A program made the position numbers and the translations under genes. Below are positions 7,406 through 15,644 of a stretch of 24,000 nucleotides of DNA, in pieces (positions within the stretch are counted from its first letter, which is position 1; every line of letters starts with the position of its first letter). The stretch is taken from assembly GCA_900538305.1 (NCBI GenBank), contig UPXY01000002.1, forward strand, positions 14,222 to 38,221, given 5' to 3'. The notes beneath the pieces are model-generated. The model did no database searches. It was not told the origin of the DNA and saw only the letters and a program-made list of their open reading frames with translations. This DNA comes from an uncultured Collinsella sp. (lineage in GTDB: Bacteria; Actinomycetota; Coriobacteriia; Coriobacteriales; Coriobacteriaceae).

Positions 7406-10363
7406 TCACGACCCCTGGGCCGCAAGCGCCGCCGCCAGCACCGTTCCGGCGACCGCTGCCGCCGAGGTGCCGTCACTCGAATAATCCTCGATCACCACCG
7501 AGATGGCGACCGTCGGGGTGTCGTAGGGGGCAAAGCCCACGAATGTGGAGTTCACCTGGGATGAGGTGGCCTCGGCCGTGCCCGTCTTGCCAGCGACCTG
7601 CACGCCGGAGACCTGCGTCGCGCTGCCGGTGCCGTCCTCGACGACGCCGAGCATCGCCTCGGCAACCTGTGACGCGGTATCGGCGCTGACCGCCTGGCCG
7701 AGCGAGCGCGCCTGCGTGGTGTTGACAACGGTGCCGTCGGGTGCGAGCACCTGCGAGACCACGTAGGGGTTCATGACGATACCATCGTTGGCGATCGCGG
7801 CAGCCATCACGGCGTTCTGCATGCAGGTGGTCTGCGGGCCGGGGGTATGACCCTGGCCGACGGGCTGACCAGCGCCCGCCCACGCGGTCTCCCACTCCGT
7901 CATCTCGGCGGGATCGGGCATGACGGAGGCGGTGGTGGAGAAGTCCTGGCCGAGCGATTGCCCGTAGCCGAACGCGCGTGCATATTGCACGAGGTTATCG
8001 GCTCCCATCTCGGTCGCAACCTGGCCGAACGCGGTGTTCGCGGAAACCTCAAACGCGCGGTTGAGGTTGATGGTGCCCCAGTCCGTGTGGCCGATGTTCG
8101 TGACGTTTGCGTTGCCGATCTCGAGCTCGCCGGGCGAATCGTACTCGGTATCGAGCGTGGCCGAGCCGCTTTCGAGCGCTGCGGCGAGCGTGATCACCTT
8201 GAACGTGGAGCCGGGGGTGTAGAGCGCCTGGGTCGCGCGGTTGTACTCGCCGGTCCCCTCGCTGCCGGATTCGCGTACGGAGTCGATGTCGGTGTTGTCA
8301 TAGCTCGGCGAGCTTGCCATGGCGAGTACGGCGCCGGTGCGCGGGTCGAGCACCACGATGGCGCCGGTGCGCCCTTGAAGCGCCCGCTCTGCTGCCGACT
8401 GGATACGCGAGTCGATGGTGAGCACCACCGAGTTACCCGGCTGTGCGACGCCGGCGAGCGAGAGCACGGCATTCTCCCAGCTCGAATAGTCCTTCGAGCC
8501 GGTAAGCGTGTCGTTCATGGTGCTCTCGACGCCCGAGCTGCCGAAGCGCGTGGAGTAGTAGCCCACCGTGTGCGCGGCCATGTTGCCGTTGGGATAGGAG
8601 CGCACGTAGGTGCCGTCGTCCTGGCGCACGGACTCGGCGAGCGTGAGCCCGTCCGAGGTGATGATCGACCCGCGCTGGATGTACGCCTGGCGCATGATCG
8701 TGTGGTTGTTGGACGGCATGCTCTGGTATTCGTCGGCCTTGATGACCTGAATATAGGTGAGATTGCCGATGAGCACCGCAAAGAGTGCGGTGAAGAGGAA
8801 CACCGTGCGGGTGAGGCGCTTGGCGAGGGCGACGCGGCCGAGTACGCCGGATTCGGGCGTATCGAGCAGACGCCTCCGCAGTCGCGAACCCGGGTGCGCA
8901 TGTGAGCCGCCGAGGCTGCCCGAGGTGGAAGTGCCGGCGAATCTGCTGCCGGTAGAGCGTCCGCCGGTGTTGCCGTTGGCGCTGCGCGACCCGGTGAAGA
9001 AACGTGTGCCCACGCTGCTGAGCTTGCCTTCGGCCACAGCCGCTGCGTTGGCGGAGCCAGCCGGGATGGCCGCCATGATGCCCGTGCCGGTGAGTTCCGT
9101 CTCGCGCCCGGTGGCCTCGTCGCCCGCGCGCATGAGCAAACCGACGATGATGAAGCTCGCCAGAAGCGACGAGCCGCCCTGGCTCATGAAGGGCAGCGTT
9201 ACGCCGGTGAGCGGGATAAGCTTGGTCACGCCGCCGACGATGAGGAATGCCTGGAACGAGATGGCGGCAGTGAGGCCGGTGGCCGAGAACGCCGCAAGGT
9301 CGCTCTTGGCGCGCGCCGCGGTGGTGAGGCCGCGTACCGCGAAGAGCATGAAGAGCAAGATCACGCCCGTGGCACCTAGAAGCCCCATTTCCTCGCCGAT
9401 GGCCGAGAAGATGAAGTCCGAGGCTACGACGGGGATGTAGTCGGGCATGCCGCGGCCGATTCCCGTGCCCACGAGGCCGCCATCGGCGAGCGAGTAGAGC
9501 GACTGCACGAGCTGGTAGCCGCCGCCCTGGGCGTCGGCGAAGGGGTCGAGCCAAATGGCGAAACGCGTGCGCACGTGCCCCATGAGCTGGTACATGCCAA
9601 AACCGCCCACGAACAGGAGCACGATCCCGATGACGACGTAGGAGATGCGCCCCGTGGCAACGTAGAGCATGATGAGGAAGAGCGTGTAGAACAAAAGCGC
9701 CGATCCCAGGTCGCGCTCGAAGGCCACCACGGCCAGGCACACGCCCCACACCGCGAAAAGCGGTGCGAGCAGGCGCAGGCGCGGCACCTTGAAACCCAGG
9801 ATGTTGTGGTTGGCGATAGAGAGCAGCTCGCGGTTCTCCGAGAGGTAGCCTGCGAGGAAGAGCACGATGGCGACCTTGGCGAACTCACCGGGTTGGATGG
9901 TGAAGGAACCGATCTCGATCCAGAGCTTGGAGCCGTAGCGGTCCGTGCCGATGAAGATGGGCAGCAGCAGCAGCACGATGCCCGCGATGCCGAGCGTGTA
10001 CTTGTAGCGCTTCACCACGTCGAGGTTCTTCACGAGGGCGAGCGTGCCGATCATGAGCGCGATGCCTACGAAGAGGTAGATGACTTGGTTTATGGCCGAT
10101 GACGGTGCGAGGCGGGTGACGAACGTGATGCCCACGCCCGAGAGCACGAAGACGATGGGTAGGATCGCCGGATCTGCGCCGGGAGCGAAAAAGCGCACAC
10201 CGATATGCGCCGCGGCGAACGCGGCGAAGAGGCCGAGCGGCACGGCGAGCGTGCCAAACGAGAGCGCGGCACCTGTAGTGACCACGTAGAGCGCATAGAG
10301 CAAGATGACGGGGAAGGCCGAGCCTATGAGCAACATGAGCTCGGTGTTGCGGCGGCTACCCAT
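7406..10363 (-). CDS. Fused SEDS peptidoglycan polymerase (RodA/FtsW family, aa 1-~412) and class-B penicillin-binding protein transpeptidase (PbpA-like, aa ~519-985)
   Basis: Single uninterrupted 985-aa ORF. The polytopic N-terminal half has SEDS-like motifs ([17 protein letters not shown]). A Gly/Ser/Arg/Thr-rich linker (aa ~413-518) follows, then one TM segment ([19 protein letters not shown]). The PBP part has STFK (SxxK, S719), SAN (SxN, S774) and KTG (K926). Its start overlaps the pstP stop as TGATG. Confidence 0.9.
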   Translation of the reverse strand: MGSRRNTELMLLIGSAFPVILLYALYVVTTGAALSFGTLAVPLGLFAAFAAAHIGVRFFAPGADPAILPIVFVLSGVGITFVTRLAPSSAINQVIYLFVGIALMIGTLALVKNLDVVKRYKYTLGIAGIVLLLLPIFIGTDRYGSKLWIEIGSFTIQPGEFAKVAIVLFLAGYLSENRELLSIANHNILGFKVPRLRLLAPLFAVWGVCLAVVAFERDLGSALLFYTLFLIMLYVATGRISYVVIGIVLLFVGGFGMYQLMGHVRTRFAIWLDPFADAQGGGYQLVQSLYSLADGGLVGTGIGRGMPDYIPVVASDFIFSAIGEEMGLLGATGVILLFMLFAVRGLTTAARAKSDLAAFSATGLTAAISFQAFLIVGGVTKLIPLTGVTLPFMSQGGSSLLASFIIVGLLMRAGDEATGRETELTGTGIMAAIPAGSANAAAVAEGKLSSVGTRFFTGSRSANGNTGGRSTGSRFAGTSTSGSLGGSHAHPGSRLRRRLLDTPESGVLGRVALAKRLTRTVFLFTALFAVLIGNLTYIQVIKADEYQSMPSNNHTIMRQAYIQRGSIITSDGLTLAESVRQDDGTYVRSYPNGNMAAHTVGYYSTRFGSSGVESTMNDTLTGSKDYSSWENAVLSLAGVAQPGNSVVLTIDSRIQSAAERALQGRTGAIVVLDPRTGAVLAMASSPSYDNTDIDSVRESGSEGTGEYNRATQALYTPGSTFKVITLAAALESGSATLDTEYDSPGELEIGNANVTNIGHTDWGTINLNRAFEVSANTAFGQVATEMGADNLVQYARAFGYGQSLGQDFSTTASVMPDPAEMTEWETAWAGAGQPVGQGHTPGPQTTCMQNAVMAAAIANDGIVMNPYVVSQVLAPDGTVVNTTQARSLGQAVSADTASQVAEAMLGVVEDGTGSATQVSGVQVAGKTGTAEATSSQVNSTFVGFAPYDTPTVAISVVIEDYSSDGTSAAAVAGTVLAAALAAQGS

Positions 10364-11739
10364 CAGGCATCCCCTCCCTCGGCGTTCGGCGCGGCATCTT
10401 GTGCCTGCGGCTCATCGGTGTCGTTGGCCGTGTCGGCTGTGCTGCCTTCGATGGCGGCGGCGTTTTCCTCCGCGCGGGTACGGTCTGCGGCGATTTGCTC
10501 GCGGTAACTCGAGAGCGTGGCACGTGCCTCGTCCATGCTGCTCTGGCCGATGCCCTCTTGCAGGCGGTTCTGCGTATCTGCGGGAAGATCCCCGATCGAG
10601 ATCGCCGTCTCGTCGTACAGGCGGTAGAGGTCGATGCCCAGGAAGGATTCGGGGATGCCGGTGTAGATGGCCACGCGGCCATCGTATACGCCCAGGAACA
10701 GCGAGTTCATGATGATGAAGGCGCCGATGCAGCATGCCGCGGCGAGCGCGACGACGATGCCCGCGAGTCCGATGAGGAGGTTCCTGCGGCGCCGGCGCAC
10801 GAGATCGCGCATGCGCCCGTCGTCGACCACGTCCACGACCACGACGGTCACGTTGTCGCCGCCGCCCGCGGCGAGTGCGGCGTCGACGAGGTTGTCGGTG
10901 CACAGCTGTGCAGTGGGGGATTGCGTGGCGACCGCTTCGATCTCGGCGTCCGGAATCATGCTCGAGAGGCCGTCCGAGCACAAGATGAGCCGGTCGCCCT
11001 CCTCGATGTTGAGCTGGAAGTGGTCCGCGTACATGGCAGGATCGGAGCCGAGCGCGCGGGTGATGACGGAACGGTTGGGGTGGATGCGCGCTTCGTCTGC
11101 CGTGATCTCGCCGGCATCGACGAGCTCCTCAACATAGGAATGGTCATGCGTGACGCGGATGAGCGTGCCCTCGTGCAGCAGGTAGGCGCGCGAGTCGCCC
11201 ACATGCGCGATGGCGAGCGATGTGCCCTCGATGTAGGCGACCGTCGCCGTGCAGCCCATACCGGGCTTGCCGAGGCCGTTGTCCGCGGCTTCGATGACAG
11301 CTGCGTTCGCCGCTTCGACGGCGGCGGCAAGGCGTGCGGGGTCTGCTTCCTGCGGCGCGAGCTTCGCGATGGTCTCCACCGCGATGGATGAGGCCACCTC
11401 GCCTGCGGCATGGCCACCCATGCCGTCGCATACGCAGAAGAGAGGCGACTGCACGAGGTAGGAATCTTCGTTGTGCGTACGAACGCAGCCCACGTCGGAG
11501 CGGGCACCCCACATGAGCGACGTGCTCGTGCCGGCGTCGTAGGTCGACTCGGTGTCGATGCGCTCGGGGGTGATCGCGGGGAAGCTCTGCGTCGAGCCGG
11601 GGTCGGAGAGCTTCTGCTCCACCGCGGTGACGTCGATTTCCGCCGTGGTGTCGGGGCGCGCGACAGCGCCCGGCGCCGCCGGGGCGTCGTGCGGAATGGG
11701 ATCTGGTCCCGTGGCGAAGATGTGCTCTTCAGACGTCAT
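10363..11739 (-). CDS. pstP: PP2C-family Ser/Thr phosphatase (PstP/Stp1 type) with a C-terminal TM segment and extracytoplasmic tail
   Basis: [38 protein letters not shown] and [13 protein letters not shown] are PP2C motifs. The TM segment is [23 protein letters not shown]. The start at 11739 forms an ATGA overlap with the fhaB stop. An internal Met (..SLMWGARSD..) would give a more canonical short N-terminus, so the start is uncertain. Confidence 0.88.
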   Translation of the reverse strand: MTSEEHIFATGPDPIPHDAPAAPGAVARPDTTAEIDVTAVEQKLSDPGSTQSFPAITPERIDTESTYDAGTSTSLMWGARSDVGCVRTHNEDSYLVQSPLFCVCDGMGGHAAGEVASSIAVETIAKLAPQEADPARLAAAVEAANAAVIEAADNGLGKPGMGCTATVAYIEGTSLAIAHVGDSRAYLLHEGTLIRVTHDHSYVEELVDAGEITADEARIHPNRSVITRALGSDPAMYADHFQLNIEEGDRLILCSDGLSSMIPDAEIEAVATQSPTAQLCTDNLVDAALAAGGGDNVTVVVVDVVDDGRMRDLVRRRRRNLLIGLAGIVVALAAACCIGAFIIMNSLFLGVYDGRVAIYTGIPESFLGIDLYRLYDETAISIGDLPADTQNRLQEGIGQSSMDEARATLSSYREQIAADRTRAEENAAAIEGSTADTANDTDEPQAQDAAPNAEGGDA

Positions 11740-12149
11740 CGACGGTTCACTTTCATCACGACATCACCGATCTGCACCTCGTCGCCCTCGCGCAGCGTCG
11801 CGGGTTCCAGGAGCTGGCGGCCGTTCACGAGCGTGCCGTTGAGGGAGTTGAGGTCTTCGATGACGAGCGCAGGTCCCTGCAGCGAGAAGCGCGCGTGCGA
11901 GGCGGAGACGAACGGCTCATTGATGCAGATATCGGAGCTAGGCGAGCGGCCGACGATTACAGGACCCAGCATGTCCACGTGGATGCCGCGGATGCCGCGC
12001 GGGCCTTTGTCGACGTCGATCGTCCAGATGGCAGAATCTCGACGCTGCCCGCGCACGAGCCCCACACCGGTCTTCATGACGGCGAAGAGGAAGATGTAGA
12101 GCAGGACGACGAGGACGATGCGTCCTATGAAGAGGATGACATCGATCAT
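11736..12149 (-). CDS. fhaB: FHA-domain protein with an N-terminal membrane anchor (FhaB/FipA-like)
   Basis: An N-terminal hydrophobic helix (ILFIGRIVLVVLLYIFLFAV) is followed by an FHA core (VIVGRSPSSDICINEPFVSASHARF...NSLNGTLVNG). It occupies the canonical position between fhaA and pstP. Confidence 0.85.
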   Translation of the reverse strand: MIDVILFIGRIVLVVLLYIFLFAVMKTGVGLVRGQRRDSAIWTIDVDKGPRGIRGIHVDMLGPVIVGRSPSSDICINEPFVSASHARFSLQGPALVIEDLNSLNGTLVNGRQLLEPATLREGDEVQIGDVVMKVNRR

Positions 12150-12152
12150 TGC

Positions 12153-13265
12153 CTAGCTCCTGAACTCGAACGTGCTGAGGCCGAAGGTGATGACGTCGCC
12201 GTTGCGCAGCGGGCAGCGGGTGATGCGGCGGTTGTTCACGAGCGTGCCGTTCGTGGAGTTGAGATCCTCGATAGACCACTCCGTGCCGGCGAGCGTGACC
12301 TGCGCGTGCCGGCGGGACACATTGGGGTCGCGCAGCACGATGCTCGCGGCGGCGCGCTCGCGACCGATGATGCAGGTGGGCGCCGTGATCTGGCGCGCTT
12401 CGCCGGTGACGACGTCGATGAGCTGGGCTGTGACCGTCTGGGGGGCGGGGACGTTCTGCCTCGCCGCGCCTGCGACGCCTCCGGTCGCGGCGGCGCCGCC
12501 CATGCCGGCGAGCGCCTCGCGCGTGACCGTTCGGGGCACGGGGATGGGCGTATCCGGCAGGCTGGACGCATTCGGGATGGGGGAAGGGGAGCTGGCCGCT
12601 GCGCCTCGGACACCTGCTACGGCAGCTGCCCCCGCAGCGCCTGCGACGGCGCCGGCCGCCATGCCCGCAGCCATGCCGTTCGCAGCGCTCACGCCCGGCG
12701 CGGCGGTAAAGCCGCGGTTGGACGCGAGTTGCGGCGTCTGCATGGGACGCTGTTGGCGAGCGGGGTCTTCGGCAGCTGCCGCCTGGGGTTGGGAGACTTG
12801 CTGACGGGGTATGGGTGCCTGCTGGCTGCGACCGGCAGCGGCGGACGGGAAGTTCTGCGCAAGACTCTGCTGATAGGCACGCTCTTCCTCATAGAGGCGC
12901 CCCAAGGTCGCCGCGTCGACGTTCTCGGCGAAGACGGAGAACTTGCCGGGCTTGAGCTCGGGGTCGATCATGAAACGCACGAGCGGCTCACCCACGAAGG
13001 CATAGTGCTTCTTCTCTGCTTGAGCCTTCACGAGGTCGCTCACCTCGCGTGCGAGCTGCGGGTAGTAGGGAGCCATGAACGCGTCGTCGTCGGCGGAAAT
13101 GAGGATCGTGTAGAGCGCGGGCGCGGTGTTCGCGCCGTTCACCACAAGCGTCTGATCTTCCATCTCGTGCGCAGCTTGCTTGGCAAGCTTCTTGAACGAG
13201 AACGGTGCGCGCGCGGCGCCGAAGATCGTGGAGACGCGGTCCTCGAATATGTTCAGGAAGTTCAC
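12153..13265 (-). CDS. fhaA: FhaA-like protein: N-terminal FhaA/DUF3662-type domain, Ala/Pro-rich linker, C-terminal FHA domain
   Basis: The N-terminus (NFLNIFEDRVSTIFG...FSFKKLAKQAAHEMEDQ...YTILISADD) resembles the FhaA N-domain. The C-terminal FHA core is CIIGRERAAASIVLRDPNVSRRHAQV...NSTNGTLVNN. The GTG start overlaps the upstream kinase stop as GTGA. Confidence 0.85.
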   Translation of the reverse strand: MNFLNIFEDRVSTIFGAARAPFSFKKLAKQAAHEMEDQTLVVNGANTAPALYTILISADDDAFMAPYYPQLAREVSDLVKAQAEKKHYAFVGEPLVRFMIDPELKPGKFSVFAENVDAATLGRLYEEERAYQQSLAQNFPSAAAGRSQQAPIPRQQVSQPQAAAAEDPARQQRPMQTPQLASNRGFTAAPGVSAANGMAAGMAAGAVAGAAGAAAVAGVRGAAASSPSPIPNASSLPDTPIPVPRTVTREALAGMGGAAATGGVAGAARQNVPAPQTVTAQLIDVVTGEARQITAPTCIIGRERAAASIVLRDPNVSRRHAQVTLAGTEWSIEDLNSTNGTLVNNRRITRCPLRNGDVITFGLSTFEFRS

Positions 13266-15154
13266 GGTCGATCACCTTCTGGCATATCTCTACGGTATCC
13301 CAATGTATAGACGCATATAAACATAATTATAGAGGATAGGGCACCCGAGCCGAGAGCTATGGCCATGCTATAGGTATCCATGAGCGGATTTTCCATAGGG
13401 TTTGCAAGCCAGAGCAGCAAAACAACCATAATTCCGGGCAGGACGCCGCCTGCTATGAGCATGGCGTTTCCCCGCGATGATTGCATGTTGCGTTCGTGGC
13501 GTGCGAGCGCGAGCGCGGCGAGTGCGGCGGCGAGCGCGATGACCACGGTTCCCGCGAGCGTCTCGGGGTTGGCGAGCGCGCGCAGGGCCGCGGTACCGCT
13601 GAGCACGCCGCCCGCGCGCGTGGCGCAGATGAGGAGCTGCGCGAAGGGTATGCCCAGGGCGCAGGCTGCCGCCGCAGGGACGGGCGGGAGGAAGTAGCCG
13701 GCGAGTGCCGCTGCCACGCCGGCGAGCACAAGCGGGTCTCCTGCTGCGGTGCCAAGTGCCAGGCAGGTGGAGAGCACGGTCGAGGCGGGCGCGTAGGTGC
13801 GGCCCCACACGTACCACCAACCGATGAAGAGCGCGCTCACGGGGATAACCACGGGAAGCGCTGCGATGAGGTCCGTCGCGTTCAAAACCATGGTGATGAA
13901 GCCCGCCGCGATGAGTGCCGAACCGATTTGCGGAGCAATGCCGCCGGCGATTCCCATGGCCACGGCGGCCGCGGCAATCGCGCCCGGTTCGAGCCTCATG
14001 GCCGCAAGGATCGAGGCGGTGCTCGCGGCGACCGAAAGGCCGCTCACCACACCCGAGACGGCGGCGCGGGCGCGGGGCGTCCTGCTACCGAGGTATCCTT
14101 CCGCGGGATCGAGCTCCCACACCCGGCGTTCGCGCACGCTTTCCGCATCTTCGGCATCTGCTGCTTCGTCCGAGGTGAGCTGTGCGATGATGCGCGCGAG
14201 GCTCTTTTTGCCCTCACGCGAGCTGCCAAGACCGGGTAGGAGCCAGTCGCCGAGCTCCTGTACGCTCGCCGGGCGCTGCGCCGGATCGGGGTCGAGGGCG
14301 GCGAGCAGCGCCTCCTCGGTGTTCTGGGGGATGTCCGCCAGGAGGCTCGAGGGGTAGATGACGCCTTTCTCGATGCGCTTGAGCGAATCTGCTGGGGTGC
14401 CCGCGCGGAACGGTGCCGTGGCACAGAGGGATTCATAGAGCACGGCGGCAAGCGAGAAGATGTCGCTTCGTTCGTCGACGACCTCCCCGCGCAGCTGCTC
14501 GGGTGCCATATAGCCGATGGTGCCACCTCGCGCTCCGCCGAAGCCCGCGGCGCTCGTGAGCGTCGCCATACCGAAGTCTGTGAGCTTCACGTGCCCGTTG
14601 TGGTCGATGAGGACGTTGCCGGGCTTGATATCGAGGTGGAGCACGCCGTTTTCGTGCGCGAACGCGAGCGCCTGCACGAGCGCGTCGGCGATGGCGGCGC
14701 ATTCGTCGTAGGTGAGAGAGCTGCCCTCTACAGTGGCGAGGAACTCTTCGAGCGACATGCCATCGATGTATTCCATAACGAGGTAGGCATATTCGGCATC
14801 GTAGGAGAAGTCGATAACCGAGACGATGTTTGGATGTTGGAGCATGCTCGCGGTGCGTGCCTCGGCGAGCGCGGCGGCCCGCGTGCTCTCCGGCGTGACG
14901 CTCAAGGGAGAGGCGAGCGGGATGCGCTTGATGGCGACGCGGCGCTGCAGGCGGGTGTCCATGCAGACCTCGACGGATCCGAAGCCACCCGTGGCTCGCG
15001 TTTCGAGCGGGCGGTAGCGCTTGAGCAGCGTCGACGCCATGGCACCGGGGGCGGGTGGCGCGACGGGCATGTGCCGCGTGGCGGGCGCCGCGAGCCTTGC
15101 CGACGCGGGTGCGTTGGCGCGTGCGGGGGAATTGTGACGCGAGAACAGCGGCAT
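13262..15154 (-). CDS. Ser/Thr protein kinase (non-RD, HLD catalytic loop) fused to a C-terminal polytopic membrane domain
   Basis: Kinase motifs are GGFGSV, VAIKRI, HLDIKPGNVLI, DFGMAT and GYMAPE. The last ~270 aa contain roughly 8-10 hydrophobic segments. I chose the start at 15154 because AAGGA lies 4 nt upstream and an AT-rich intergenic region lies beyond it. The internal Met candidates (15070, 15040) have no RBS. Confidence 0.85.
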   Translation of the reverse strand: MPLFSRHNSPARANAPASARLAAPATRHMPVAPPAPGAMASTLLKRYRPLETRATGGFGSVEVCMDTRLQRRVAIKRIPLASPLSVTPESTRAAALAEARTASMLQHPNIVSVIDFSYDAEYAYLVMEYIDGMSLEEFLATVEGSSLTYDECAAIADALVQALAFAHENGVLHLDIKPGNVLIDHNGHVKLTDFGMATLTSAAGFGGARGGTIGYMAPEQLRGEVVDERSDIFSLAAVLYESLCATAPFRAGTPADSLKRIEKGVIYPSSLLADIPQNTEEALLAALDPDPAQRPASVQELGDWLLPGLGSSREGKKSLARIIAQLTSDEAADAEDAESVRERRVWELDPAEGYLGSRTPRARAAVSGVVSGLSVAASTASILAAMRLEPGAIAAAAVAMGIAGGIAPQIGSALIAAGFITMVLNATDLIAALPVVIPVSALFIGWWYVWGRTYAPASTVLSTCLALGTAAGDPLVLAGVAAALAGYFLPPVPAAAACALGIPFAQLLICATRAGGVLSGTAALRALANPETLAGTVVIALAAALAALALARHERNMQSSRGNAMLIAGGVLPGIMVVLLLWLANPMENPLMDTYSMAIALGSGALSSIIMFICVYTLGYRRDMPEGDRP

Positions 15155-15311
15155 GGTGATCCTTGGTGCGTTTGTGGTACGTGTTCGTATGCTTTCTATC
15201 TATTCTAGCACGCGTTCTTACTATGTTCGGTTTGTTCGTCTTCGCATAGGTCCTTTTGTCTGTGCGAGAGGGTATCATGGGTACACGTGCGGATCGGCGG
15301 AAGGAGTGCCC

Positions 15312-15515
15312 ATGGCTTATGCAAGAGATGTCGAAAAACTTGCAGCGTATGATGCCTTTGCTGTCGATGTTCGCTCTGAACTCGAGGACGTTACGACCCG
15401 CATGGCCGAGCTCAAAGGTGCCGGCCGTGTGAAGACGGCAACGTATCGCCAACTGTTCGCTACCCGCATCACGCTCAAGGATATCGACCGGCGCTTGAGC
15501 GAGCGCGGATTGTAG
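15312..15515 (+). CDS. Hypothetical small protein (67 aa, predicted helical)
   Basis: ATG at 15312 is preceded by GGAAGGAG at 5-nt spacing. The product (MAYARDVEKLAAYDAF...LKDIDRRLSERGL) has no family I recognise. The track's longer form (start 15153) begins 2 nt inside the kinase start codon and reads through the AT-rich divergent promoter region. Confidence 0.4.
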   Translation: MAYARDVEKLAAYDAFAVDVRSELEDVTTRMAELKGAGRVKTATYRQLFATRITLKDIDRRLSERGL

Positions 15516-15516
15516 C

Positions 15517-15617
15517 ATGTAAAATTACCCCAGCGACTTTTTTACATCGCTCAGGATGAGGGCGTGAGCCGCGCGGATCACTCAGCGATGTAAAAAAACC
15601 GCTGGGGAATTTTACGT
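15517..15617 (+). repeat. ~100-nt imperfect inverted repeat (long hairpin) with AT-rich arms, between the small ORF stop and the dnaX RBS
   Basis: Pairing blocks are 15519-15526 with 15608-15615 (GTAAAATT, 8 bp), 15528-15535 with 15600-15607 (CCCCAGCG, 8 bp; A15527 is a bulge) and 15538-15551 with 15584-15597 (TTTTTTACATCGCT, 14 bp). The apical region contains GGC-GUGA-GCC, a GNRA-capped mini-stem. The strand of any RNA product is unknown. Confidence 0.6.
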
Positions 15618-15644
15618 ACGCCAGAGGGAGCAAGGAGAGGTTCG

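Noticed and set aside
11512-11739. Treating the ~75-aa N-terminal extension of PstP as a separate small gene or as non-coding
   Set aside because: The frame is continuous, and the ATGA overlap with the fhaB stop favours the long form. An internal start near 11512 cannot be excluded, so the ambiguity is noted in the feature rather than splitting the gene.
15517-15617. Calling the hairpin upstream of dnaX a bona fide SRP (4.5S/ffs) RNA
   Set aside because: Its position and size fit, but the conserved domain IV motif is absent (GGAA tetraloop with flanking GGAAGCAGC/AGCA loops). The apex is GUGA followed by GCCGCGCGGAUCA. It is kept as an unexplained structure, not annotated as ffs.
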